A DNA stretch of 64,000 nucleotides from an uncultured Clostridia bacterium (lineage in GTDB: Bacteria > Bacillota > Clostridia > Christensenellales > UBA1242). A program made the translations under genes and the position numbers. Every line of letters begins with the position of its first letter. Position 1 is the stretch's first letter. The stretch lies in contig CAKVHC010000002.1 of the NCBI GenBank assembly GCA_934747805.1, forward strand, positions 16,694-80,693, given 5' to 3'. This document shows positions 18,746 through 29,168 of the stretch, piece after piece. The notes beneath the pieces were generated by a model. The model was not told the DNA's origin. It was given only the letters and a program-made list of their open reading frames with translations, and made no database searches.

Positions 18746-21700
18746 ATGGCATTTAATGATGAAGGACTTATGAGAGAGTTGGCACGTATCAATAGAGCGG
18801 AGATTGATCTTGACAACAAAAATGCTGTCAAAGCTTGGGTTGACAACACTTCGTACAAATATATGATAGACGCAAGTGATAATTCCTATGGTTTTGTTGA
18901 GAAAATCATCGTTGCATTATTGCTTTTGGGCGACGAAACAGAAACTACAGTTGGCTTGACTGCAGAAGAACGTAACACTGTTATGCGTATTGCCAACGAT
19001 GCATCACTATTGAGAGATAAAACGTATCTGACTAAAGTCTTGACAATGTTTTACAAAAAGGCTGACGGCAGAGATTTGACAAAACAGAGTGACGAACTTA
19101 ACTTGGATTTTGTTAAGTCATATCTTCATAACTATGGATTTAACGATTTGGCAGTTGACACAATCATTTCTCGTGGCAGAATTAGTGATAAAGCAAGTCT
19201 TGTTAACAATGCAGCTAAAGTAATTAGTGCAAACGTTGGAACCAAGACCATCATTAGCAAGGCTAGCGAAATATCTTCCGCAAAGAAAGATGTCATCAAA
19301 CTAGCTGAGAAAGTTTACGAGAACAGCGGTGTTCCGGCAGCTCACAGCATTGATAGCATTCCGAACAGAATTTGGACTGGCAGCGATGTTACGACCGATA
19401 AAGACGGACTAGCTACTTATGTAAAATCCGGTCAGCTGAAGAAAGCTGAAGAACGAATTGTGACTGACGATAAGAGTCATCCATTGACCGGCATTTTAAG
19501 AAGCTTTGTAACAGACAGCGACTCAGTTAAGGTTGAAACACCTGACCAGATCATAGACGACATTCAAGCATATTTGTCGATGAGTGATCGTTTGACTACG
19601 GTTAAAACCGAATCAGAATGGAAAGATATTCGTAAGAACATTGAAGTTCATGCTCAATTGGAAATTGACGAGGACGGCAATGGTGTCATCAGCACTCCAA
19701 TCAGTGGCAAAAAGTTAAAAACCAAAACCGCTGACGGAAAGAAGATTGTTAAAACCGTAGAACTAGGTACAGTTGGCATCGAACCAGGAGCAAGTTTCGT
19801 AGGTTATGACTTATCTGATTCTAAGGTTAAAAAGGCTTACGACTTGATGCAACAAGGTTCGCTCAGCATCCACAACCCTGACGACAGACTCGCAATCGAT
19901 TTGTTGAACGCACACAAATTGTATTCTAGTGCAGTTGGTTTGCCAGTTAGCCCAAAAACTACTACAGCCAACATCTATGCCAACATGATTGATCAACCTG
20001 AGGGCATCATTGCCGCAGACGGTTTGACCAGTGCAATGCGAGACTTTTTCAGTAAGATTATCAACAACTCTAACAGTCCATACAATCGTGTTGACATCAA
20101 CAATGGTGTAGTAGATTACGACAGCGACCACACCTTTAGCACTAACGTCAATAAATTGTTTAAAAACAAGACCAAAAAGATAACTGGTACTAAATTGAAA
20201 TTCAGTACACGCTTTATCAGTTATGACGAAAATGGAGAATTAAATGGTGCTGGCATTTTGAAGAGTGACGATGCCATCAAATTCTCTGTAATTCAATCAA
20301 TTGTGCTAGACTATGTCAGCGCTCTCGGAAAGAAAGTAAAGAATTCTAGTTTCAAGATTGTTGGCGCTGCAAAAGATAATGTCCGTGACCCTAACGAACG
20401 TGCTTTGATTGCCAACCTAGCCACACAATATGTAATGTTAGGTTATTCATTTGGTGAAGGCTCCGCACATAGAACTAACGAAGATATCATCAGCACATAT
20501 CTAATGGAAAACCAAGCTTCACTCATGGCAGGTCTTGCAAAATCTGGCAAGGATTATAAGTTGGTATTGCCACGTGCTTATAAACTAGCTTTGGAAATCG
20601 CAGAGACAGTTACTGATTGCCTTGGCGTAGATAAGACTATGAAACGTGATGAAAGAACAGGCCAAATCGTTGAAAAGAGCGAACTCGTTGCCAACTTTGA
20701 ACGTCACGGCTTCACATTCCCAAGAATGAACTCTAACGATCAGCCTTTGTTTATGTCGAATGACCAAAAAGCAAGACTTTCTGGCGCCGACTTGAAGAAA
20801 GTTAATGACGAAGAAAAGCGTTTGCGTGGATTGGATATCACATCACAAGATAGTTTGGGTGCACTTTTGGTAACCTGCATTGACACTCAACTCTCACCAA
20901 GAGAAATCACCATCGAACCAAAGGATGAAGCTATTAAACAAGCCGACGAAAGAAAATTCGCTGGTGGATTTAGTGTTGCAAGCAGCGGTGACGCTCCTGT
21001 ATTTATTGACATGGGCGTATTTACTAATAGTGATACTGCTGATACACCTAAAATTGACAAAGAAGATTTGGCTGCTACCAAAATCCCAGAAAAGACTGCC
21101 GACTATGAGAAGAATCCTACTGGCGAACCTTCTCCAAAGTCAACATTCGAATCTTTGTTTGATAAAATGCTTGGCGGCACCGGTACAGAAGAACCTGAAA
21201 AGAAAGCGGCTACTGAATCCGATCGAAGAGTTGGTCAACTTTGGGAAAGCACTGGAGACGCTCCATTCCCTGTACGTGTCTTTAGAGATGGAAGACCTCT
21301 AGAGACCAAACCTCTAGAAGCAACCAAAACTCCAGAAGAAACCAAAGCTTCAGGAACAATCTATTTGCCAGGCAAAGTGGAAAGCATGGAAGGTGCGAAT
21401 GTCCCAGCAATCAAAAAGTCCGCTAGCGAAAATCTTCCTGCAGGAATAATTGAGGTTTCGTTTAGTGGTGTTGAAGAAATTTCTCCTGCTTCTCATGATA
21501 GTAAGAAAAAAGTGAAGAAAATAGCAACGCAAGTATTATGCTCGTTGAACCTTGCTACTGGAGATTTGACTTACACTTTCAAATACAATGAAATTGGTGA
21601 TGATGTTGTTGTTGAAGAGAAATGGACTACAAAATTGACTAAAGATCAGCTAGATGACATTAACAATGCCATAAGTAAGAAAAAGAAAATAAGTGTTTTG

Positions 21701-21802
21701 GCCGAGTACGCTAGAAAGATTGGAAAAAACCGCTTTAAAGATTTTATGATGAGAAGTCTACACAATAGTGACGTTTCAATTGAAAATAACATCTCAAAAT
21801 AG
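18746..21802 (+). CDS. large (1018 aa) orphan protein without signal peptide or TM segment
   Basis: GGAGG RBS 6 nt upstream of ATG 18746; the ORF-track GTG at 18734 lies inside that RBS. A Pro/Glu/Lys/Thr-rich linker sits near aa 800-900. No family motif recognised. Confidence 0.8.
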   Translation: MAFNDEGLMRELARINRAEIDLDNKNAVKAWVDNTSYKYMIDASDNSYGFVEKIIVALLLLGDETETTVGLTAEERNTVMRIANDASLLRDKTYLTKVLTMFYKKADGRDLTKQSDELNLDFVKSYLHNYGFNDLAVDTIISRGRISDKASLVNNAAKVISANVGTKTIISKASEISSAKKDVIKLAEKVYENSGVPAAHSIDSIPNRIWTGSDVTTDKDGLATYVKSGQLKKAEERIVTDDKSHPLTGILRSFVTDSDSVKVETPDQIIDDIQAYLSMSDRLTTVKTESEWKDIRKNIEVHAQLEIDEDGNGVISTPISGKKLKTKTADGKKIVKTVELGTVGIEPGASFVGYDLSDSKVKKAYDLMQQGSLSIHNPDDRLAIDLLNAHKLYSSAVGLPVSPKTTTANIYANMIDQPEGIIAADGLTSAMRDFFSKIINNSNSPYNRVDINNGVVDYDSDHTFSTNVNKLFKNKTKKITGTKLKFSTRFISYDENGELNGAGILKSDDAIKFSVIQSIVLDYVSALGKKVKNSSFKIVGAAKDNVRDPNERALIANLATQYVMLGYSFGEGSAHRTNEDIISTYLMENQASLMAGLAKSGKDYKLVLPRAYKLALEIAETVTDCLGVDKTMKRDERTGQIVEKSELVANFERHGFTFPRMNSNDQPLFMSNDQKARLSGADLKKVNDEEKRLRGLDITSQDSLGALLVTCIDTQLSPREITIEPKDEAIKQADERKFAGGFSVASSGDAPVFIDMGVFTNSDTADTPKIDKEDLAATKIPEKTADYEKNPTGEPSPKSTFESLFDKMLGGTGTEEPEKKAATESDRRVGQLWESTGDAPFPVRVFRDGRPLETKPLEATKTPEETKASGTIYLPGKVESMEGANVPAIKKSASENLPAGIIEVSFSGVEEISPASHDSKKKVKKIATQVLCSLNLATGDLTYTFKYNEIGDDVVVEEKWTTKLTKDQLDDINNAISKKKKISVLAEYARKIGKNRFKDFMMRSLHNSDVSIENNISK

Positions 21803-21811
21803 GGGGAGAGT

Positions 21812-22054
21812 ATGGTATTAACGCAAAAGGAATTTGACGAAAAGTGCATTGACCTTATGGAAAAAATCGTTCGTCTCAAAATCTGCACAATCAAAGAACG
21901 TGCTTTGAGCGTGGCAGAAGAGATGATGGTGAAAGCCAAGGCTGAAAAGTGCGACGACGAAACCAAGAAAGTTTTTGAAAAGGTTATTGAAGAATTCACC
22001 AACGTTTCAGCTGAAGATTATGCGACACTTCGTAAACAAATTTTGAATAAATAA
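21812..22054 (+). CDS. small helical acidic/basic protein (80 aa), translationally coupled to the 1018-aa gene
   Basis: GGGGGAG RBS. The start lies 9 nt after the upstream stop. Confidence 0.6.
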   Translation: MVLTQKEFDEKCIDLMEKIVRLKICTIKERALSVAEEMMVKAKAEKCDDETKKVFEKVIEEFTNVSAEDYATLRKQILNK

Positions 22055-22063
22055 TAATAGAAA

Positions 22064-22096
22064 AGTAGGAATATATCTAATATTTCTACTTTTTTT
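22064..22096 (+). terminator. rho-independent terminator
   Basis: AGTAGGAATAT-atcta-ATATTTCTACT followed by a T-run. Confidence 0.7.
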
Positions 22097-22277
22097 GTTG
22101 TGAAATCGATAAAAATTTAAGGGGTCGTGCAGATTTATCAAAAAACAAATAACTTTATTAGCACTGCAAAAAGTCTTTGCGTTTACTTATACATAAAAAT
22201 TTTGTAATTTTTGTCAACAAATAAAAAATTGCTTTCCAAACTTTTTTTGCTATGATATAATACACACAGAGGCAATT

Positions 22278-22727
22278 ATGGGATTTTTTAGAAAACTTTT
22301 GCGTGGGTTGGGAATCGAGACGGAAAATGACAAGAAAAAACAACCCGAACAACCCACCGATAAATATGCCAACTTTAATATGCACCAGCGTGAAGGCGAG
22401 CAAATTGGAACGTATGCAGAAGATATGGTGAACGGCTTCAATTTCGGTCAATCAATGCCTAACATGATTGTACAGAAGCCAACTAGCCACCGTGACGTTC
22501 AACGTATTGCAGATTTTTTGCGTCAAGGTCAAGCGGAGATTATTGATTTGTCTGGCTTGCAGTCGCAAGATTGCGGACGCATTTTGGACTTTTTGAGCGG
22601 TGCAATCTACGCACTCAACGGCAGCATTTTGCGAATTAACGATAACCAGTTCGTTCTTATGCCAGCCGGTGCAAAGATTCTTGTGCCACAGGAAGAAAGC
22701 ACTGCCGTAACCACGACCAATAAATAA
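22278..22727 (+). CDS. sepF: cell division protein SepF
   Basis: MGFFRKLLRGLG N-terminal amphipathic helix. The C-terminal DUF552 core reads IVQKPTSHRDVQRIADFLRQGQAEIIDLSGL...LDFLSGAIYALNGSI. Confidence 0.85.
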   Translation: MGFFRKLLRGLGIETENDKKKQPEQPTDKYANFNMHQREGEQIGTYAEDMVNGFNFGQSMPNMIVQKPTSHRDVQRIADFLRQGQAEIIDLSGLQSQDCGRILDFLSGAIYALNGSILRINDNQFVLMPAGAKILVPQEESTAVTTTNK

Positions 22728-22729
22728 TT

Positions 22730-23269
22730 ATGAAGAAAAAATATATTACTATTTCAATTATTTTTATATTACTTTTAGCAGTTGACTTGATTACCAAGTC
22801 AACTTTTGTCGGTGCAGACTATGTGGTCATTCCGCATATTTTCAATTTCCACTACACTCAGAATACGGGCGCAGGCTTCAGCATTTTGGCGGACAAAACT
22901 TGGCTGCTGATTCTACTCAGCGTGGCAATGATAATAGGCATTGTTTTGTATGATATTTTCGCCAAACGAAAACACATGTTATACAATGTTTCGTTTGCCC
23001 TGATTTTGACAGGGGCAATCGGCAACCTCATTGACCGAGTGTCTTTGGGCTATGTGCGTGACTTTATTCAATTTGCCTTTTGGCAAGAGTTTCCAATCTT
23101 CAACGTGGCTGACATTTGCCTAACTATTGGCGTAATTCTTTTCGTCATATTTGTGCTATTTTTGGATAAAGACCCGTCAAAAGACATTTTATTGCAGCAA
23201 TCCAAAACGAAAAATAAAACAACGAACAACGAAGATAAAATCATAAAAAAGGATGAAGACGATGAGTGA
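22730..23269 (+). CDS. lspA: lipoprotein signal peptidase II
   Basis: NTGAGFS, GAIGNLIDRV, GYVRDFI and FNVADI motifs. Confidence 0.92.
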   Translation: MKKKYITISIIFILLLAVDLITKSTFVGADYVVIPHIFNFHYTQNTGAGFSILADKTWLLILLSVAMIIGIVLYDIFAKRKHMLYNVSFALILTGAIGNLIDRVSLGYVRDFIQFAFWQEFPIFNVADICLTIGVILFVIFVLFLDKDPSKDILLQQSKTKNKTTNNEDKIIKKDEDDE

Positions 23270-24170
23270 GAATTTTGTTTATCTTGGGGACGGCGAAAGG
23301 CTAGACACATTCCTATCTAAAAACATTCCCCAGTTCACTCGTTCGTACATCAAAAAGCTGATTGATGAAGGCAAAATCTTGGTCGAAGGCAAAAAAGTAA
23401 AAGCAGGCTACGAACTCAAAAATGGCACTGACATTTCGGTTGACTATGTCGCACCGAGCGAGCCGTCAGCCAAACCTGAAAATATCGACATTGACATAGT
23501 GTACGAAGACGACGATTTGGCCGTGATAAACAAGCCATATGGAATGGTGGTTCACCCTTGCACCACCACGCCTGAGCACACGCTCGTAAACGCTTTGCTC
23601 TACAAAATGAAGAACCTGAGTGGTGTGAACGGAGTGCTTCGTCCGGGCATTGTTCATCGCCTAGACAAAGACACCAGCGGACTGCTTTGCGTGGCGAAGA
23701 ATGACAAATCTCACCGCTTTTTGAGTGCACAGCTGGCTGACAAGACTATGTATCGTGAGTATTATGCCATATGCAACGGTGTGATTAAGCAGAATGAAAT
23801 GGAAATCGTTGGCAACATTGCTCGCTCAAAACGTGACCGCAAGAAAATGGACGTTGTGCCAGAAGGCGAAGGTAGATATGCGGAAACACATTTGACTGTG
23901 TTGAAACGCTTTTTGCGACACACGCTCATAAAACTACAACTCAAAACGGGTCGCACGCACCAAATACGTGTCCACACCGAACACATTGGGCACTCGCTTA
24001 TGGGCGACAAGATTTATGGCATCAAAAGTGATAAAACGGACAAACTCATGCTGGTGAGCAAGAAACTATCGTTCATTCATCCAACCACACGTGAACGAGT
24101 GACATTTGAGATTGACCTGCCAGATTATTTCACCAATATGGTGGAAAAGTTGGAACGAGAGTGCAAATAA
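23262..24170 (+). CDS. rluD: RluA/RluD-family 23S rRNA pseudouridine synthase
   Basis: S4-like N-terminus, HRLDKDTSGLL catalytic loop and KTGRTHQIRVH. An alternative ATG is at 23253. Overlaps the end of lspA. Confidence 0.88.
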   Translation: MSENFVYLGDGERLDTFLSKNIPQFTRSYIKKLIDEGKILVEGKKVKAGYELKNGTDISVDYVAPSEPSAKPENIDIDIVYEDDDLAVINKPYGMVVHPCTTTPEHTLVNALLYKMKNLSGVNGVLRPGIVHRLDKDTSGLLCVAKNDKSHRFLSAQLADKTMYREYYAICNGVIKQNEMEIVGNIARSKRDRKKMDVVPEGEGRYAETHLTVLKRFLRHTLIKLQLKTGRTHQIRVHTEHIGHSLMGDKIYGIKSDKTDKLMLVSKKLSFIHPTTRERVTFEIDLPDYFTNMVEKLERECK

Positions 24171-24234
24171 TGTTTGATATATTATTGACAGTCGCACTTT
24201 AAAAAAGTATAATAAGGACATTATTGGAGGAGTT

Positions 24235-24498
24235 ATGTCAGATTTTAATTGGAAAAAAGTTGTAAATCTACTAGCATATATTGCGCTCATTGCGGTGGCG
24301 GTTGCCTTGATTTTCGTCAAGATATTCCAAGGTGGATCAGTTGCCAACGCTCTCACAATCGTTGCCAACGCCATTGCTTACTTGGTTACAGCCATTTTCG
24401 CCTTTGTCTATGCTCGCAGCAAGCGTAATCCTTGGGTTATGATTTGTTATGTAGTAGCAGTCATTTTGGTTATCGTCTTTATGATTTTAGGCGCTTAA
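24235..24498 (+). CDS. small membrane protein (87 aa, about 3 TM)
   Basis: GGAGG RBS. Hydrophobic throughout. Confidence 0.6.
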   Translation: MSDFNWKKVVNLLAYIALIAVAVALIFVKIFQGGSVANALTIVANAIAYLVTAIFAFVYARSKRNPWVMICYVVAVILVIVFMILGA

Positions 24499-24500
24499 TG

Positions 24501-24523
24501 AAAAGAGCTTCGGCTCTTTTTTT
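24501..24523 (+). terminator. rho-independent terminator
   Basis: AAAAGAGC-ttcg-GCTCTTTT followed by a T-run. Confidence 0.8.
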
Positions 24524-24590
24524 GTTGGCTTTTAGCAGTAAATGTAACTAAACAAATGCAAATATGTTAAGATAAAGTCAATGCAATGTG

Positions 24591-24619
24591 TTGCCAAATT
24601 TAAATTAATGTGCTATAAT
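24591..24619 (+). promoter_or_regulatory. sigma-A promoter (extended -10) of tig-clpP-clpX
   Basis: TTGCCA (24591-24596), 17-nt spacer, TGcTATAAT (hexamer 24614-24619). Confidence 0.6.
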
Positions 24620-24694
24620 CATTTGCATTTTAATAGGGAAGTGTGTGCTTGGCACAGTTTGAAAGGCACTACACTCACTAAATAAGGAGAAAAT

Positions 24695-25981
24695 ATGAAA
24701 TACAAGATTGACAGAGAAACTAAAGGTTTAGTTAAAGTGAAAATCACCATTAAGGGTGACGAATTTAATAAATATGTTGATGAAGCATACGAGCAGAACA
24801 AAGGCCGTTATTCCGTTCAAGGCTTCCGCAAAGGTAAAGCACCACGCAGTGTAATCGAGGCTCAATATGGTGCCAACACTTTCACTCAAATTGCACTCGA
24901 CAACGCTTTTGACGCTAGCTACCATGAAATTATGGAGAAAGAGAAGAACATTGACCCAATCGACAGCCCAAAGGTTGTAATGGACAAATACACTGAAAAA
25001 GAAATTGTAATCTCAATGGAAATTCCAGTTTTGCCAGAATTTGAACTTGGTCAATACAAAGGTTTGACATTCAAACGCCCAGAGAACGTTGTTAGCGAAG
25101 AACACATTCAAGAACACATTGACCACAACTTGTTGCGTGGCAGCAAGCTTGTTGACAGCGAGAACCCAGTGGCCATGGATGACGTGGTCAACCTCAACTT
25201 TGAAGGTTTCGTTGACGGCAAGGCATTTGATGGCGGTAAGGCTGAGAACTATCAGTTGAAGATTGGTAGTCACACTTTCATCGACACATTCGAAGACCAA
25301 CTTATCGGTCTAAAGAAGGGTGACACCAAAGACGTTGTAGTTCGTTTCCCTAAAGAATATCACGAGAAGAGTTTGGCGGACAAGGAAGCCACTTTCAAAG
25401 TGCTTATCAACAACGTTCGCACTCGCATTATGCCAAAATTCGACGAAGAATTCGTTAAAAACACTAGCGAATTTGACACTATCGAAGCATATAAAGAAAA
25501 TATCAAGTCTATAATAACTAAGGAACAAGAAGCCAAGATTGAACGTGACCTTGAAAACCAAATTGTTGACGCTATTGTAAAAAATACTAATTTGGAAATT
25601 CCTACAGAACTCGTTGACCGTGAACAAGAGAGAATGATTTTGGGACTTCAAGACCAGCTTGCTCAACAAGGCTTGCGTCTAGAAGACTATCTTGCATACA
25701 TCGGCAAATCTATGGACGACTACAAGGCAGAACAAAGACAATATGCCGAAAAGAATGTTAAGACTAGATTTATTTTGGAAAGAATTATATCTACCGAAAA
25801 TATCACTGTCACTAACGAAGAGTTTAACGCTCGCCTTGAAGAATTTGCAAAAATGCAGAACGTCAGCCTAGACGAACTCAAGAAGCAAATGGGCGAACAC
25901 AACATGTCTCACATTTTGAACAACATGCTCATGGACAAGCTTTTCGCATTCTTAAAAGAGAATAATACAATCACTAAATAA
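24695..25981 (+). CDS. tig: trigger factor
   Basis: GFRKGKAP ribosome-docking signature, central FKBP-like domain, 428 aa. Confidence 0.93.
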   Translation: MKYKIDRETKGLVKVKITIKGDEFNKYVDEAYEQNKGRYSVQGFRKGKAPRSVIEAQYGANTFTQIALDNAFDASYHEIMEKEKNIDPIDSPKVVMDKYTEKEIVISMEIPVLPEFELGQYKGLTFKRPENVVSEEHIQEHIDHNLLRGSKLVDSENPVAMDDVVNLNFEGFVDGKAFDGGKAENYQLKIGSHTFIDTFEDQLIGLKKGDTKDVVVRFPKEYHEKSLADKEATFKVLINNVRTRIMPKFDEEFVKNTSEFDTIEAYKENIKSIITKEQEAKIERDLENQIVDAIVKNTNLEIPTELVDREQERMILGLQDQLAQQGLRLEDYLAYIGKSMDDYKAEQRQYAEKNVKTRFILERIISTENITVTNEEFNARLEEFAKMQNVSLDELKKQMGEHNMSHILNNMLMDKLFAFLKENNTITK

Positions 25982-25995
25982 TGGGAGAGAAAAAT

Positions 25996-26577
25996 ATGCT
26001 AATTCCTATGGTCGTTGACCAAGTAGGCAATAACGAACGCAGTTACGACATTTACAGCCGTTTGCTCGAAGACAGAATCATCTTTTTGACAGGCGAAATT
26101 AATGACCAAGTGGCCAACACTGTCGTGGCTCAGCTCATCTATTTGGAAGGTAAAAATCCAGATAAAGACATTTATATGTACATCAATAGTCCAGGTGGCA
26201 GTGTCAGTGCAGGCTTTGCCATCTATGACACCATGAACTACATCAAATGCGATGTCAGCACCATTTGCATAGGTCTCGCAGCCTCAATGGGAGCATTCTT
26301 GCTCAGCAGTGGCGCACGTGGCAAGCGTGTGGCCCTGCCAAACAGCAAGATTATGATTCACCAGCCACTCGGCGGAGCACAAGGTCAGGCTAGCGACATC
26401 GAGATTCAAGCACGAGAAATGCAAAAGACAAAACAAAAACTCAACGAGATTTTGGCTCGCAACACGGGTAAGTCTATTGAAGAAATCGCTCGTGACACCG
26501 ACCGAGATAATTATATGTCTGCCGAAGAGGCACAAAACTACGGTTTGGTGGACAAAATTTACGAACACAGAGTTTAA
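25996..26577 (+). CDS. clpP: ATP-dependent Clp protease proteolytic subunit
   Basis: [38 protein letters not shown] (Ser) and IMIHQP (His). GGGAGAG RBS before ATG 25996. Confidence 0.95.
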   Translation: MLIPMVVDQVGNNERSYDIYSRLLEDRIIFLTGEINDQVANTVVAQLIYLEGKNPDKDIYMYINSPGGSVSAGFAIYDTMNYIKCDVSTICIGLAASMGAFLLSSGARGKRVALPNSKIMIHQPLGGAQGQASDIEIQAREMQKTKQKLNEILARNTGKSIEEIARDTDRDNYMSAEEAQNYGLVDKIYEHRV

Positions 26578-26592
26578 TTCTAGGAGAATATT

Positions 26593-27831
26593 TTGAAAGA
26601 TTTAGACACCGTTTGCTCTTTCTGCGGACGCACCATGGCCAGCGCCAGCGACATGGTGGCCAGTCCTGATGGCAACTGCTTTATTTGTAAAGATTGCATA
26701 GATATTTGCAAAGATTTGGTTGCTAAGAACAAAGCAAAAGACAAAAATTCAACACTTATTGACCTGCCAACTCCAAGCGAAATCAAGGCAAAATTGGACG
26801 AGTTTATCATCGACCAAGACGAAGCCAAGAAGGTTTTGAGTGTGGCGGTCTACAATCACTACAAGCGCATCAACAGCAATCTACAAAAGCAGGACAAGGA
26901 CGATGACGTCGTGCTCGAAAAGAGCAACGTATTGCTCATTGGACCTACTGGCACAGGCAAGACTTTGCTCGCTCGCACTTTGGCACGCACACTGAAAGTG
27001 CCTTTTGCCGTTGCTGACGCCACCACAATCACCGAGGCGGGTTATGTGGGCGACGATGTGGAGAATGTGCTATTGAAACTCATTCAAAACGCCGACTACG
27101 ACGTGAAGAAAGCCGAACGTGGAATTGTGTATATCGACGAAATTGACAAGATTGCTCGCAAAGGTGAGAACAAGTCCATTACACGTGACGTGTCGGGCGA
27201 GGGCGTTCAACAAGCATTGCTCAAAATTTTGGAAGGCACTATTGCCAGCGTTCCACCACAGGGCGGACGTAAGCACCCACAACAAGAGAACATTCAAATC
27301 GACACCACCAACATTTTGTTTATCTGTGGCGGTGCATTCGTGGGGCTAGATAAAGTCATCGCAATGCGCAATGGCAGTTCGGCACTCGGCTTTGGCGCCG
27401 ACGTGAAGAATAAGGACGATATGGAAAAGAATATCAATGTCAAAGATGTTCAGCCAACCGACTTGCACAAGTTTGGCATGATTCCAGAATTTGTAGGCCG
27501 TTTGCCAGTCGTGGTTTGCTTGCAAAGTTTGACTCAACAAGCACTCGAACGCATTTTGACCGAGCCAAAGAACTCAATCGTTCGCCAATACAAGAAACTC
27601 TTTTCAATGGACGGCGTGGAACTCGAAATCACGCCAGAAGCCGTGCAAGCCGTTGCCAAAAAGGCAATCGAATTGAAGACGGGCGCACGTGGACTGAGAG
27701 CCATTTTGGAAGAGAAAATGCTCGGCGTAATGTATGACTATCCAACAGACAAAACGATTAAGAAAATTGTAATCGACAAGGACTTTATCGATTGCAAATC
27801 TGACCCAACTGTCATCAAACAAGCAAGTTAA
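26593..27831 (+). CDS. clpX: ATP-dependent Clp protease ATP-binding subunit ClpX
   Basis: TTG start after AGGAG. C4 zinc finger (CSFCGR...CFICKDC), Walker A GPTGTGKT, Walker B YIDEIDK. Confidence 0.95.
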   Translation: MKDLDTVCSFCGRTMASASDMVASPDGNCFICKDCIDICKDLVAKNKAKDKNSTLIDLPTPSEIKAKLDEFIIDQDEAKKVLSVAVYNHYKRINSNLQKQDKDDDVVLEKSNVLLIGPTGTGKTLLARTLARTLKVPFAVADATTITEAGYVGDDVENVLLKLIQNADYDVKKAERGIVYIDEIDKIARKGENKSITRDVSGEGVQQALLKILEGTIASVPPQGGRKHPQQENIQIDTTNILFICGGAFVGLDKVIAMRNGSSALGFGADVKNKDDMEKNINVKDVQPTDLHKFGMIPEFVGRLPVVVCLQSLTQQALERILTEPKNSIVRQYKKLFSMDGVELEITPEAVQAVAKKAIELKTGARGLRAILEEKMLGVMYDYPTDKTIKKIVIDKDFIDCKSDPTVIKQAS

Positions 27832-27860
27832 AAAAGTGCGTCAAATCGACGCATTTTTTC
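27832..27860 (+). terminator. rho-independent terminator after clpX
   Basis: TGCGTC-aaatc-GACGCA followed by a T-run. Confidence 0.7.
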
Positions 27861-27953
27861 TTGTCAAAATTAGACATAAAAAATGTTAAAAACCTATTTA
27901 CAAACGTATTTCTTTGTGCTATAATACGGCTATACAAAAGGAGATTTCCAATA

Positions 27954-28178
27954 ATGGCAACAGTTATATTTAATGGTAAAAAGCTTCCCGTTATAGACTT
28001 TAGTGAGATTGGGGCACATCAAGAATGCGCTTTTGAGTTTAAAGGTAAAATATTTTATCGCAACGGCAACGCAGTTACACCAATTACTGACAAACACTGC
28101 ACGCTTATTGAGACCAAAAAACGCATTGCAGCCATTAAAGAGAGACAAAACGAGAACGCCAAAGCAATGTCACGTTAA
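27954..28178 (+). CDS. small hypothetical protein (74 aa)
   Basis: Own promoter (TTTACA, 17 nt, TGcTATAAT), AAAGGAG RBS and own terminator at 28187-28213. Confidence 0.6.
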   Translation: MATVIFNGKKLPVIDFSEIGAHQECAFEFKGKIFYRNGNAVTPITDKHCTLIETKKRIAAIKERQNENAKAMSR

Positions 28179-28275
28179 TTAATTTTAAAAGAGTCTTTTT
28201 GGACTCTTTTTTTGTGCTCAAAATATTTTACAAATAATTTTCAATGTGTTAATATATAATTATATTGAGGTTATT

Positions 28276-28536
28276 ATGAGTGAATATGTTTATCCAGCAA
28301 TAATATATCCAGACAGCGAAGGTCGTGGCTTTACTATCAGCGTGCCGGACGTCAACATAGTGACAGAGGGCGAAACTGTGGAAGAGGCTTTTTTGCGTGC
28401 CAAAGATTTTTTGGCTAGCTATATCGAGGTTTGCAACGAACTAGACAGCGACATCGAAGGCTCAACCACTTTTGCTGAAACGGCTAAGAAGAACCCTAAA
28501 CGTATCATTTTATTGGTTGATGCAGACAACGAATAA
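28276..28536 (+). CDS. HicB-like antitoxin, N-terminal domain only (no DNA-binding domain)
   Basis: MSEYVYPAIIYPDSEGRGFTISVPDVNIVTEGETVEEAFLRAKDFLASYIE fits the remembered HicB_lk_antitox pattern (YxYPA....e.gGf.v.fPD....TeGeT.eEA...AkdaL). Confidence 0.65.
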   Translation: MSEYVYPAIIYPDSEGRGFTISVPDVNIVTEGETVEEAFLRAKDFLASYIEVCNELDSDIEGSTTFAETAKKNPKRIILLVDADNE

Positions 28537-28546
28537 GAGGTGAGCG

Positions 28547-29068
28547 ATGGAATACAAACTCTGTCATGAAAATTGGAGTCAATTCGATTTTCTAATCAAC
28601 AACTTTTACGAAATCGTGGAATACAAACGTGGACGTGGTGTGTATGGCGACAGAATCATTTTGCGCCGCCCACGCAATCCACAATCCGTGTTCGCCACTC
28701 CGGACAAGCAGTACGATTTTTACTACCTTGACGCACACAACACCAAAGAGTTGCCACGCACCACAGCCGAAAAGATTGTGCTCATCACCAAGTTCGTTTG
28801 CGACCCACAGGCAATGACCCAAATAATTCGTGCCGACGACGCCAACGTCATCAATTGGTCAATTAACTTGCGTAAAAATATTCGTTTGGCGAAATCTATC
28901 GACTACAACACTCTTAACGACATTTTGGTGGGGCAATATCACAAATTGTCAAACGAATTTTTGGCAAAACTGCACGCTCACCGACAAAAACAATACTTGC
29001 TGGCTAGCAGTGAAGCACTCGGTTTAGTTAGTCCAGAATTCGCCAACAATCAGATTAATGTTTTATAA
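28547..29068 (+). CDS. hypothetical 173-aa protein co-transcribed with the HicB-like gene
   Basis: GAGGTG RBS. Starts 10 nt after the HicB-like stop. No motif recognised and it is not HicA-like. Confidence 0.6.
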   Translation: MEYKLCHENWSQFDFLINNFYEIVEYKRGRGVYGDRIILRRPRNPQSVFATPDKQYDFYYLDAHNTKELPRTTAEKIVLITKFVCDPQAMTQIIRADDANVINWSINLRKNIRLAKSIDYNTLNDILVGQYHKLSNEFLAKLHAHRQKQYLLASSEALGLVSPEFANNQINVL

Positions 29069-29100
29069 AAGACACACACTTTGTGTCTTTTTTATTTTTT
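29067..29100 (+). terminator. rho-independent terminator
   Basis: AAGACACA-cactt-TGTGTCTT followed by a T-run. Confidence 0.75.
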
Positions 29101-29168
29101 TATTCAAATTCACTTGCTTAAAACTTATATTTTACGTTAAACTATATGTAATAAAAGGAGTATAACAA

